From Novakomyces olei (lineage: Eukaryota): a stretch of 64,000 nt of DNA. The stretch's first letter is position 1. The number at the start of each line of letters is the position of its first letter. The notes beneath the pieces are model-generated. The model was not told where the DNA came from and did no database searches. It saw nothing but the letters and a program-made list of their open reading frames with translations. The stretch is from the NCBI GenBank assembly GCA_016906335.1, contig JADEYG010000007.1:1798001-1862000 (forward strand). Reading direction: 5' to 3'. Positions 37,005-50,013 of the stretch are shown here, piece by piece. The position numbers and the translations under genes are program-made.

Positions 37005-38690
37005 AATGTAGGTATAATAATGTATGTGTGAATTATGTATGGTGTTAATATATGGTATTTATGTATGGGGATTAATGTTTGGGGGAATAATAGCTATTAT
37101 TACTAGCGACATTTCAACGAAATGTCAGCTGGTATTATTTTTTTTGTATAATAATTGCATTGTCTAAAATCGAGAAAACCCTAGATATATTCAAGACGGA
37201 ATTATGGCGAAATTCCTTTATATGTAATGTGATTTTATTATGTATAAATCTAGTCAGGGTTTTCGCTTTTCCTTTACGCCATAATTCCGTTTTGAAAAAT
37301 AATTAATGTGGTCATGCCAATTTCCTTCGCATTCCCGCGAATTATGGCGTAATTCTAATTAGAATTGTAGGAAAAACGTGGAGGCAGGGTTTTTTAGGAA
37401 GAATTTTTACGGCTTAATTCCAAAATAATATGGGAATAATATATTAATTTAATTAAATATTAAACAATTAACAAATATTATAAATGCTACAGAACTATAA
37501 GCTATTATAACTTATTGTCAATTTGTCTTGAAAGTTATTATTGATGAATAAATTAATGTTATTATACTTAAAAATGTTAATAAATTATTATAATGGTAAT
37601 AAATTTATTAAAAATTCTAATACTCCATATATTGCAACTTTTAATACTAATGCTCTATTATTTATTGAATAATAAATATATATCCATAATCGCGCCTTTA
37701 GGCCTTCGGGAACCTTTATATTCTTTTCCACAGTATAATATACACGACCCATAAAATACATCCTGGGGCATCATGAGCTTTTTATAAATCTTTAAACCCA
37801 TATATCTCCATAAATACTAATCCAATCTTGTAACCAAATATAAATTTACACTCCTACTGCTCCCCTCTATCCAACCATATACATTTTGTAAAAACACTTT
37901 TCATTCGACGTTTTGTCACCTCTACACATGGACTACACACTCTTAATTTTTCTTATTTTTCTGACGTTTTTCTTATTATACTCTATTACTATGTTGCTTT
38001 CTAATATTTATATTATATTATCAGACAACTATAATATGTGTAGCCCAGCTTGTATAATAATTATATTTATAAATTCAACAACTACCCTTGCAGACAATAT
38101 TGTTTGCCAATTTTTTGGAATTAAGTCGTAAAATATTTTTTCTCTAACTTCGTTCTTACCCCCGTTTATGCCAATTTCCTTAGCATTCCCGCGCAATTTC
38201 CCATATTATATTTTGGAATTTAGCCGTAAAAATTCTTCCTAAAAAACCCTGCCTCCACGTTTTTCCTACAATTCTAATTAGAATTACGCCATAATTCGCG
38301 GGAATGCGAAGGAATTGGCATGACCCCATTAATTATTTTTCAAAACGGAATTATGGCGTAAAGGAAAAGCGAAAACCCTGACTAGATTTATACATAATAA
38401 AAATCACATTACAAATAAATGGAATTTCGCCATAATTCCGTCTTGAATATATCTAGGGTTTTCTCGATTTTTAGACAATGCAATTATTATACGAAAAAAT
38501 AATACCAGCTGACATTTCGTCGAAATGTCGCTAGTAATAATAGCTATTATTCCCCCAAACATAATTCACACATACATTATTATACATACATTATTCTTCC
38601 ATACATTATTCCTCCATACATTATTCCTCCATACATTATTCTACCATGCATTATTCCTCCATACATTATTCCTCCACACATTATTAACCA
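37005..38690. mobile_element. Foldback / long inverted-repeat element: arms 37075-37436 and 38198-38562, about 760 bp spacer, outer 14-15 bp tandem arrays
   Basis: The arms are near-perfect reverse complements. The tandem unit TTATTCCTCCATACA lies on the right and degenerate reverse copies on the left. The structure is certain, its classification is not. Confidence 0.7.
38591..38680 (+). repeat. 15-bp minisatellite TTATTCCTCCATACA x6
   Basis: Directly visible, with more degenerate copies from about 38546. Confidence 0.92.
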
Positions 38691-38949
38691 ATACAAGTAT
38701 GCAAACGAAAGGCTACTCACTAAATTTAGTCACTGAATGGATGAAGTGATGTTCAGTCAGAATCTGGCTGTTCCGAAAAAAGCACTTAAAGCTTTAGCCG
38801 TTACTTATATTTCATTCTTCATTCTTCATCTATCCATTCAAGCATTCAAAAAATTTAAATTAATATTGTATTTGCGTATATTTGTAATATTTTATACTGT
38901 ATAGTGCTTTTCAGATGACTCGCAGTAATTAAGACAATAATGTCTGTAC

Positions 38950-39800
38950 CATTAAAATTCGAAGTTTCGTTTATTTGGCGCTAAATTTTCCACCTGGTGA
39001 TAATATAAAAAGTTACTCAAAAAATTTGATATTTGGTCCAGTCAGATTTGCGAAAAAAAAGCGAAGACCCGATTTATTGTCTCTAATTTTCAGTTCATAT
39101 TTTTTTTCATATAGAGAGAGAATGTCTGCATTCATTCATGAGTCGTCCAATGGATTGGATATATTTGCCCATCTTCAATGGAATTGAATCGTCATTGTTT
39201 GCGAAACTTTAAAATTTTCTTCTGCAAGTTTTAATCAACTTCAATCCCCAAAAACATTTGTGATTTTGTCTTAAGTTTGACTTCAAAATACCTTTGATTA
39301 TAATATTGAAATCGTTTTGAAATTCCCTTAATTCGTTCGGTAACTGATGAAATGACCGACATTGATTATAACAGAAATGCCACCTTATGTACGAATTGTC
39401 TGGCCTATCGTAAATTTCTTCAAATTTAAATTTTCTAGAAATTTTCGAGGCCATCTGCAGTGCTCAGAATGTTTCTCTACTTTTTCAACGAGACTATAAA
39501 TACATATAGTACGCTTTTTCTAGGGTTCTGTGAAGAAATGCCGTATTTAATTCGAGTTGATAAATTCATAATCCATTTTTTAAAGCGGCAGTGTGACAAC
39601 CTTATTGTTTCATTTGAGGTGCCCCTTGCGCACCATTCAATACGTTCAAATCTATGCTTTTTGCTTGAAGAAGCCTTTTACGACTAGTGTCTCTTTGAAT
39701 CAGACGACATTTTGCTTTTCACCTTATATATGCTTAAATCTCTTTTTGCGTCTTTCAATGTAAACGATAGCCAAAATGTTATCTGCGCTTTTCACTCTAT
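38950..39800 (-). pseudogene. Decayed Ty1/copia reverse transcriptase fragment
   Basis: Minus strand FKETLVVKGF (like FKARLVAKGF) and YQLELNTAFLHRTLE (like QLDVKTAFL), with many stops and frameshifts. Confidence 0.65.
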
Positions 39801-40471
39801 CATCAAACGTTTTGTAGGGCATTTTCCTTTTCAAGCATACTTCACAATTATTATCAATTCTTTTGCTTGATTTGACAGACGAGCTAAATATACTTTTTCC
39901 TCTTAAATTTCCTTAATTTTCAAGAGACAGGAGTTGTGTGTTGCCCAATTTATTTTTTTTTTCTATTCTTGACTCCCTTCGAGACATTCCCAAGCCAATC
40001 TGATGAATACATCTAAGCCATAGTGGGTGAAGCGTCTATAAATAGAGTAGTCGATCAGCGAATTAATTAAAAATATTAGCAATATTAACAATAATAAATT
40101 GCTCACCAAATAAACAATTACAGTAAATGCCCAAGTTTTCTGTGCCATGAAAGTCTTTCGTTTTTGTATTTGCCATTATCTTATTATATATAAAATCCAG
40201 ATAAAAAATTTAGCACGAAATTAAATTGTCAGGAATTACTAAGGCTTTATCGCTTAATATTACAGAACCGATTTCTTTATCGCAAAATATCTCCGTGCTT
40301 TAATATGTTTTTGATTGACGTAAAATCTACCAGTATATTTGGCTGTGCATACGTCCAGTTACTAATCGTCTGATGCTTTATATTTACCTCGATCTCAAAC
40401 ACAAATGTATCGCTTGTTTTTGCATGTAGTTTCTTTTTAACATTCATTTCTATTAATTATGTTATTAATTA

Positions 40472-43400
40472 TGCTGAAATTATTGATGTAAGTATTGTTT
40501 AATAGGTTGTTCGTACGGTTAATATTAATTATCTTACTTCAGTAAAAGACAGTGAAATTCCCCAAGGTCAAAGGGATTCATCCATGGATATGTATATTCA
40601 TATCCAGAACGTAGGTAAGCAAATACGGGGTAAAGACAGATCGTAATAGTTTCAATTTTGGCTAAAGGAATGAGAGTATTTAGAAAAGTAAATTTATAAG
40701 TTGACAGAGTCCATATTTCAACACTCGTCAAGACTCTTAAAACTTATAAAATCAATATCGATTTTATAATTAAATAAATAATAGAATTCACGAGCCATAA
40801 AATAAAGTTGAATAAATTTCGTAAACTTGTTTCTGATTAAATTTTTCGTTAATCCGTCTTCTCTCATCTTTTCTGTAGGACATCTTTGTAATTTGACTAG
40901 TTATTTTTTAATGTAATCCATCACATAGTAGTTTGTATTACTTAGATTTTTAGAGCCTTGATAGTTTCCTCCTGTACCTTCTAGAAGTATACACGCATTG
41001 TTGTCGCAGTTAATAATTGGTATTTAATTTTCCATATTATTGATCTCTTGTAATAGTTATTTGAAATAGAGCACTTAATTGATTGTTATCTTGAGCGCTT
41101 CAAATTCAGCCATCATAAAACTTGGTGTGACTATTTTTTGCTTTCTTGAGTTCCATGCGATCGGTCTATTGTTGTTGCCTATTGAACAAACATATCCTGA
41201 TCCTGACTTGCGGTCAGTAGTGTCTCCTGCAAAGAAAGAGTCAGCTCACGCAAGTATTTCGGTTTAAGGTAATCGATAACATGATATATTAATTTCGATT
41301 GTTGAACTCAAATATCTTTTTGTATGGTTCAATGCCAGTAGGTGCTCTTCGTCTTGAAACTTTGTATTTTTACTGAGCATACTTACTGCATATCGCAAAT
41401 CTAGTCTTGTCCATTCTGTAAGATAAATTAATTTTCCGACTATTGTAGCGTATATTTCCAAGCTATTATTTTTGTCATCCGCGGGATGATATAACGCTTT
41501 AATGTTTGCGATCGGATGCGATAATGGTCGAAGATTCGAGTCGGTAAAAGTTTGAACAATAGATTTAGCGTAAGACGCCTGAGATAGTTGTAGAACTCCC
41601 AGCTCTTGATCGTATGTAATATCCGTTCCTAAATATTTTTTTATTTTTCCTAAAGATTTAATGGAATAATGAGATTTGAGATATCGCTCAAACTCATCTC
41701 TTTCTCCATAAACTTTTTCAATTATTAAAAGATCATCCTCATATATTGCAAGAATAATTTTGTCATTAAAATATACTGCGTTGTCTTTCTTTGAATTTTT
41801 GAGGTTGTATTTAATCAAAGTAGAATGAAGTTCATTGTTCTATGATCTTGGTGATTGTTTAAGACCATATAGACTTTTTTCTAACTTGCAAACTTGATTT
41901 TTATTATCTTTTATGCCTTCAAGTAATTTCATGTATACAGTTTCTTTCAATTTTTTTCGTCAGGGAATGCTGTATCCACATAGACATGAAAAATATTGTA
42001 ATTATTTATAACACTTAGTAGGAATTGATGCGTAAGTTTCCTCGTAGTCCTGGTGGAAAATTTGGGTATATCCTTGGGCGTCTAATCTAGCTTTGTAGAT
42101 TGTCTCATTCGTAGCAATTTTGCATTTCATTTTGAAAACCCAGCATTATCCCACTACATGCTGATTGTCAGATTTTGTAATTTTTTCCATACATTATTTC
42201 TGTTCATTGCCTCAAGTTCTTTACTAAGTGCTTTTTTCCACTCAGAACTGTATGGACCGTTGACAGCTTCATAGTAGCTTTGTGGTTCCATAGGTAGATC
42301 TGTAACATTGTTCGCTTGTTCATCCGGTTTTGTGCTTATTTTGAGGTAATCGTCTCCTTCCAATAAAGGCGATAGCACTTTTCTCAGTTTTTCATTGGAT
42401 ACACCTGGGGACTTTAATTTTCTTTTTCCAGATAATATCTCGGTCAATTCATTGTTATCCCTTTTTTCATCTGCCATGTCAATATGATCAATATCAGTGG
42501 TTTTGTCTTCTTCACTAATATTTTGGATATTTTCAGCCATATCGTCCGCACCATCTAATGATAAGGCCCCAGTTCCAACATTCATTTCATTATTTGTAAT
42601 ATCAGATTTAATTTCATCTGATGTCTTTTCTTGTGCAGTAGATTCAGCATTGTCTGAGTTATCTGTAGATGTGTCCGCTGTATAATAATTCGATAATTTG
42701 TCGCCTTTATTCAAATAATTTCGTATTTGAGACTCATTTGTAGGGGAACTGGTAGTTTCATTTAAATTGTTATTTAAATAACGTTCTAAAAAATTGATAT
42801 CGTAGTTGTTGAGTGAACTACTGCAGGAGGTTTGTTTAAGAAAAATGACATCTCTTGATACAATACGTTTCGCACTTTTCAATTCAGACAAAATATAACC
42901 CTTTTGAGTTTCAGAATATCCTAGGAATATATATTCTTTCTCTCTCTGTTCCAACTTAGAATTTTCTTCTGTTTGCTTATTTTTTCCAATTGCTAAACGT
43001 CCAAAAATCTTTAAATTATACAAGTTCAGTGCTTTTCCATATAACATTTCGAACGGAGTTTTTGGACTCGATTTAGTTGCAATCTGTTTTTAAGATAGCA
43101 CTTGTTAAAATAGCGTCTGTTCAGAACCGTAATGGAACGTTTTTATTTAATAATTTAGCTCTTGCTTTTGACGTTATTGTCCATATGCCTCGCTCTGCCA
43201 CTCTATTTTGTACCAAATTGTTGGGGTCTGATGTATTATTCTAATTTTTTTTGTTAGCATTGATATTTCTGAATTTAAAAATTCAAGCCTATTGTCTTTT
43301 CCAAATATTTTTATTCTTTTTCCAAATTGAGTTTTAATAAATGGAAGAAATTCTGAAAACAGGTTTGGTACTTCACTTTTATCTTTCATAAGATAGAGAA

Positions 43401-45421
43401 ACGTATAATCAGATTAGTCTTCTGTAAATGTAACAAAATATTTGTAATTTGATTCGGACTGAATATTAATAGCGCCGCAAACATCACTATGAACTAGATC
43501 AAATAATTGTGTTGGCCTAGTTCTACCATCTGTGGGGAATGGTGTCCTTGTAATGTTTGAGAGCTTGCACGTAGAGCACGCTTCGGTCTCATTAGTACGT
43601 AAATTTTGTAATTTTCCCACTGCTTTTCCGTTTTTCAATTCAATCGTATATTGCTTACTTGCATGGCCAAGACGTTCATGCCATGTTTCGTAAGAATTTT
43701 GTAAAATGGAATTAACTTGTTGAACATTCTCTTTTTGTATAGATATCGTATTAAACGAGTATATGTTATTCTCCTCGTTCAGACGTATAAGCGGTTTGTC
43801 ATTACTCATCATAACTTTATCTCTGTCAGATATCGAGAACGTTTTTTCTCCATTAAATTCTTTTAATAACAAGTTTATTCCATATTTTGGAGTGTACAGG
43901 ACATTTGATAAAATTTATTTATTATTGTAAACGTCATTAATCTTTAAATATCGTTCCAACTCTTTCAATTGGAGAGAACGTTATTTTTTCCTGTCTGAAT
44001 TTTTGTCTCAACCCTTGTAAAAACATTTTAAATCAAAGCAAATGTGACTAGAAGCGCTTGTATCTAAAATCCATTGTGTAGATTTTTTAGGTACATTCTT
44101 ATATAGTCACAAGATAGGCTCATTTTTATTAGTCGTAATACTATAAACTGTGTGAGATTTGCTTTTTTAGTCTCGTTTCTTTTTCGACAATCTTTTTCGG
44201 TATGTCCATACCTTTTCACAGTTTTGACAGTGTTTTGTATAGGAAAGTATATCAAGCTTGTGCAGCAGCTGATTACTTAGTAAAAAATGAAATTTTACCC
44301 TGGTAATTGTGACTGTCATTGAGAAGACTATAAATAGATCTAGATAGAACTATGTTGGCTAACGAAATTGAATACAACACGTTTCAAATTAACACGTTCG
44401 AAATTATAGATTCAACATTTTGTTCCTTTCCCTTTAGGATTTTTGAAACAATCATTAGCCCTGAGTCCAATTCGTCCACAAAAAGAGCATTTGGGTGTGG
44501 GGTTGACCGATTCCCTATTTGGGAGTAATTTAGCAGTAATTTTAGAGCTAACATTGCGGCGAACGTTCTCCGCAATTTCTTTTGGTAATGCCAATAAAAT
44601 CCCACAGTACGTAAAATACGTGAGCTCCGTAAATCCTAGACGAACGAGACTGATCACGATGTTTCTGTAACCGTTCATAAACTTTTCAGGGTCTCCTCCC
44701 CACAATTTTTGAGGAGCCATGAACTTAGTGGCCACAGCTTCAATCTTTTGATTTACATTTTTGCCAAATTCCAAATCGAGTAATTTAAAGAGCGCTTTTG
44801 GCGATTTTATTCCTTCAATGCGGAAAGTAAGTAGATTTTCGTTTATCGCCTCGATTAGCTTGGCTGTGATTACGAGAACGGTGACTTTCGGGATATTGGA
44901 GTGTTGTTCGCTCTCCAATAATGCGGAGAACCCATGCAGTTCCAATCTGTTTGTAATTTTCAACTTCCATTCACTATACTCGTGCCACGATTTCAACATT
45001 GGAATTATTCCAAGTATTATTGTATTCTTTCTCAAACTATTGGCGAGTCCGGGGGTGACGTCTGGTTGAGCCATGTTTTTGATTTTTAATAATTTTTATT
45101 ATTAAGAAACTTAACTCCACTTCTAATCACTGAGTAGATGTAATATTTAACCTTCCAGGCTCATAACCTGTTGAAATTATTGATGTAAATATTGCGAGAT
45201 AGATTGTCCAAACGGTTAATATTAATAATTTTGCTACAGTAAAAGACAGTGAAACTCCCCCAAGGTCAAAGGGATTCATCCATGGATATGTATATTCATA
45301 TCCAGAACGTAGGTAAGCAAATACGGGGTAAAGACAGATCGTAATAGTTTCAATTTTGGCTAAAGGAATGAGAGTATTTAGAAAAGTAAATTTATAAGTC
45401 GACAGAGTCCATATTTCAACA
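40472..45421 (-). mobile_element. Full-length but frameshifted Ty1/copia LTR retrotransposon with Ty5-type priming; LTRs 40472-40723 and 45169-45421, TSD AATTA
   Basis: TG..CA LTRs; AATTA at 40467-40471 and 45422-45426; PBS GGTTATGAGCC at 45168-45158; gag knuckle, DTSASSHIC protease, WHERLGH and HSDVCG integrase, YEDDLLI RT, RNase H in copia order. Confidence 0.93.
44238..44417 (+). mobile_element. Solo LTR family A copy 1, nested in copia gag, TSD TTTTG
   Basis: TATAGG...TTCAACA, near identical to the copies at 46422 and 51994; TTTTG on both sides. Confidence 0.88.
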
Positions 45422-46017
45422 AATTATTTCGTATCGCGCTATCTCAAAAAAACTGTTTTAATATAAAAAATTAAATCCCGGGTTTAATAAAATATTTTTT
45501 ACCCATCGCCATTTTCATCTCAATTCATTCGCATGATCCATTTAAGTTTTATTTTTCTATTTAATCATCTAAATACAAAACAAAGTTTGGTTTGATGCTT
45601 AAGATACGCAATCATTTACGTTTGCTATGAACGTCTGATTTTTGATTAATTTTTTATGATTGTAGAAATAAATGGGGCTAGTTTTTATATAAGCAGAGTC
45701 AAATCTTTTATTGAATTAAGATAATCTAAAGGGCAAGGTAATATGTTTATGTAATGAGTACTTGAGCAGGATTGCGCGACTTTCTAAGCACCTTGAGAAA
45801 ATTAAAAAACTTGAAGTTAAACTTGTTTTATGTGTCCGATGTAAATTCCATATACATCCTCAGTGGTACCAACACAAAGCTTTAATATTACATTCGAGAG
45901 TGTTTAAATAGTATCATAGCTAGTTTTGTGTAACGAAGGTGTATTTCTTGATTGATATCAGTAACATAACTCAATTTGTCGCTATATTTCAACTGCTTTA
46001 TAATTTTTCCTCATTTT

Positions 46018-46202
46018 TATAGCGAGGTAAATCAAGCTTGTGAAGCGGTTAATTTCTGATAAAAGTACAGTTCTAACTTGAGGCATGGGATCTGTTAAAT
46101 CGCAGACTAAATAGAGTTAGATAGGCCCAATACAAATAACGAAAATTGCACACAACATTTATTCAAATTAACTTGTTCAACAAGATTCTGCAATTTTCAA
46201 CA
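46018..46202 (+). mobile_element. Old diverged relative of solo LTR family A
   Basis: TATAG..TCAAGCTTGTG..TAAATAGA..TAGATAG..TTCAAATTAAC..TTCAACA, colinear with family A. Confidence 0.6.
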
Positions 46203-46421
46203 ATTGCCAATCTTATTAGGGTTATGTAATAAGTAAACTTCTGAGCCTTGTTCCACAAATCCTAACGCCTATTTCTTTTTTTTTTATAAACGCCCAATGT
46301 ATGAGCAATGGCTCAAAACAAACTAATATACTCTGCTTCGCAATTCGATAAAGTGGCAAGCTTTTAATTTTTAGGCACCCCGTAAATTTATGATGCCATG
46401 CAAAACTTCTTTCCAATTTAT

Positions 46422-46602
46422 TGTTGAATCTATAATTTCGAACGTGTTAATTTGAAACGTGTTGTATTCAATTTCGTTTGCCAACATAGTTCTATCTAGA
46501 TCTATTTATAGTCTTCTCAATGACAGTCACAATTACCAGGGTAAACTTCATTTTTTTTTCTAAGTAATCAGCTGCTGCACAAGCTTGATATACTTTCCTA
46601 TA
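46422..46602 (-). mobile_element. Solo LTR family A copy 2, TSD TTTAT
   Basis: Reverse complement of copy 1; TTTAT at 46417-46421 and 46603-46607. Confidence 0.88.
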
Positions 46603-49600
46603 TTTATCACATGCATAATCGGCACCGCAACAAACGAAAACTGCTGCTGTGATTGCATTACTCTTTATGCTTCTTGTATCGCGCAAATACATTGTAATGT
46701 ATTTAAACTTCTCGGCATTCATTAGTTAGCTTTATCGGACATCTTATCTGGCCTTGAGCATCTACGTATCCAAAGTGTCGAAACTTCTAATTGGCTTGTT
46801 TAAAGAACCGATGTTAAATTTATTTAGCGCTTAATTTAATTGAGACTAACGCTGAACTATATATATACCTAAATTCCTGTCACTGAGTCACTTGTTCGTG
46901 TGCAAGGCTTTTGTGCTCAATTCTCGTTATTTCAGTCATTTCTCCCTTTTTTTTTTGAAATCCAATCATCTTGATTTTTCTTCGTGATGCCCAAGCTTGA
47001 TATATTCCTATTCAAATTAGAATCCAGACCATTCGCGATATACTCCCCGGTCAATAGGCTTCCCATCAATTTCGGCATCCTTTTTAATTGGTATTCCTTT
47101 TTTAGCCAAACATTAGCAATTAAATTGTTTGATAAATATATTATTACTGCATGCACGTAATACATTTTGAGCTGTCATTGTTTTGACTTTAATTTAATTT
47201 GGCTCCCAAAAGTCAATGGTTTGTCCAGGTTTCTAGACTTTATTTAAAGTTCTTGAATTACATAAAGTATTGCTAGTTTGTTCAATTCATACTTTTCCTA
47301 CATCAATCGAGCTTGGGGAGATCCAGCAAAATCTTATAATACTTATTATGAGGGTTGTCTTACAAATTTTTAAAGCGTGTTCAGTATCGCTAAGCGGCCT
47401 TTTGTATCTACAATAAATCGAAAATTATATTGTGAAACTTATTCACAAAAAGCGGCCTGTGCTCATCAAAAGCATAGCGCCATTTTTTCATTTTTACTCC
47501 AAGCCAAGAGCGGCGTTCTCATGGAGACGCAAATGATTTAAAAAGTCGAGCGAAATACTTTCGTCAAAAAACCGGATATGAAGTAACATATCAAATAATC
47601 AATACTCTTAAAACAAAAGCGATACAGTATTGACGAATGAGCAAAATACTTTAACGAGAAAACTATAACGACAGAAAAACAGAACACAAGCATTTATGAA
47701 AAACGATTGAGCATGTCAATAGCAAATAAGTTTAATCAGAAGTCAACAGAAGCTCGAATAATCGTGTATTATTTAGAAAATAAATTTAATGTATAATGCA
47801 TTTAACTGAACGCTAACATTACTATTTTAGGAATCCGTTCGCTCAATTAAAGATTTGTCAAGTAATGTGTGACTTGTGTTTGTCTTTAGACCAACGACTA
47901 GGAAGCCCAAAATACAAGGCAACTAAAAAGTCCATCTAATATCAGCTAGATAGTCTGGTTGGCCTTTAAACCCATGATGGGATAAAAGATCCTACAAAAG
48001 GACAGAAAAACCGCATTCTATATAATTGACATTTCGCGCGAAAAAAATTTATTATTGCCTTTTTCCTCTTCTGTTAGTTATCTAATTTTCTTCTGCTCGA
48101 CTCTTTCGCTACAGATTATCGACGTGAGATGTTACAGAAAAGTCCTGTTAATTGTTTGTTTAATGGCTTTTATGTAATAATTTACACTACAGCTATTTTT
48201 TGTTTTGGCATGTATTAATTTGGACGGGTTACGCTATAGTTTCAGTGGTCTGCAAGACGCCACTTGCGTCAATAAACCCAAAAAAAAAAAAATAAAAATA
48301 AAAGAAAATAATCACTTGAATAGGGGCAAAATTCAAATTGGATCTAAATAAATAAACCTAAAGCAGAAAATAAAGTCGGTGTCAGAAGGCAAATAAAGAA
48401 ACCTTTGATGAGCTTTTTCGCCACAAAGAAAATATAAATGTAAGGAACAAAGGCCTTCGCAAAGTAATTAAAATCTAATAAGAGACAAGAACAATCAGAG
48501 GTCAGTGACAATATTGTTATGCCAATCTAATAACCGTGTTAAAAAACAATAACAATAGAGTCTAAAAATAAAATGAAATCTATGAAAACGTCAAATAATA
48601 AGGTCAAATTAATTGCACATGAATTTGTTTAACGATTTATTTGCCGCGCCATACAAGAATGCCATTATGATCGATTGTGTTCGTGCCGGTCTTATGTCTG
48701 ACGCTATTTGTGGTAGTGCTTATGCCCCTGCTGAAGTAAATAAATTTGCCATACTACACAAAAAATTGACGTACTTTCTTAAATCCTTTCTTAGTCCTTA
48801 CGAATTCCATGGACCCACTTGAGCAGAACATATAATTACTTTTAGTGGATGACTATCATAAAATGTGTTATGGGTGTTTTTTGGAAACTAAAAGGTCGTC
48901 CACTGTTGCAATCAAAAGCTTCATCAATTTTGAAAAGCTCAGAAAAGTACAGTTATTTCGTTCAGGTAATGGCAGATAATTTAAAAATAAAATTCTGAAT
49001 CAATTATTAAATTAAAATTAAACACTACACTTAAAAAAGATTCCATATACTCCCAAACAAAACGGAATTGCTGAACTAAAAAAGAGGACAATAATAGAAG
49101 GGCCAAATGCAAGTCTGTTGCTTGAAGGGAGGCAGTCAGATATCTTTTAGAAAAGAATGGTAATGCATACAGCTTATGTTTAGAAGTAATATCCTCCTCC
49201 TATCTAAGTGTCTGAAAATCAATTTTATATGACTAAAGATGAAAAAGGTTTTGGTGACCTGGCGACAAGTTAAACAATGCACGGATTGCGACAAAGAACA
49301 ATAAGCTTTTTTTATACGGGTCATCAGCAAATCAAAAAGGACGTCAGTTTTGCAGTTTTGAGATAAACAACTTATCGTATCAAATAACTATTGTTTTGTA
49401 AAAAACGAACAAAAGCATTGTATTAAGGATGATCATCGAAACGAGATATCGAATAACCAAATTTCCGAAATAATAAGTTAAACAATGTCAATTAGTCGAG
49501 ACGAAAACAGAATATTAACGAATAACTCGAAATGACTTGCGCATGAAATACAAGTGTTCGTATATTTGAAAAAGTGTCAGATGACTCTGAGACAGGTGTT

Positions 49601-50013
49601 CTGTCAAGATAGTTTTCCGAAAAAAGACAAAGCATAATACAGCTAAAGGCCATGCATTTTGAAACTCCTGATGGGCCGGCTAGCTATAACGAACCACATA
49701 GCGAGAACGATAAGAACTTTTTGTACCACGCGATTGATGACGAGCTAAGAAGCATGTAGAAACCTAAAGCGTGGGGAATTGTAAAATTACCTACAAATTA
49801 TAAGCCCTTTGGACGCAAATGGGTGTTCAAAATCAAAAGAGACGAGAACAATGAGGAAATAGAATATACGGTCAGATTAGTCGCTCAGGGCCTTTTGTTA
49901 CGTTTTTTGGACGCCTAGTTCCTAATATAATTTTTGTCGGTACAGTAGAAACGAAAAGGAAAAAGATATAAACAGAGTACTGAGAAATATGACACTGCTA
50001 CGAGTGTGAGTGC

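Noticed and set aside
38591-38680. 15-bp array as a CRISPR-like or telomeric repeat
   Set aside because: No spacers, eukaryotic context, and it mirrors the left end of the inverted-repeat element
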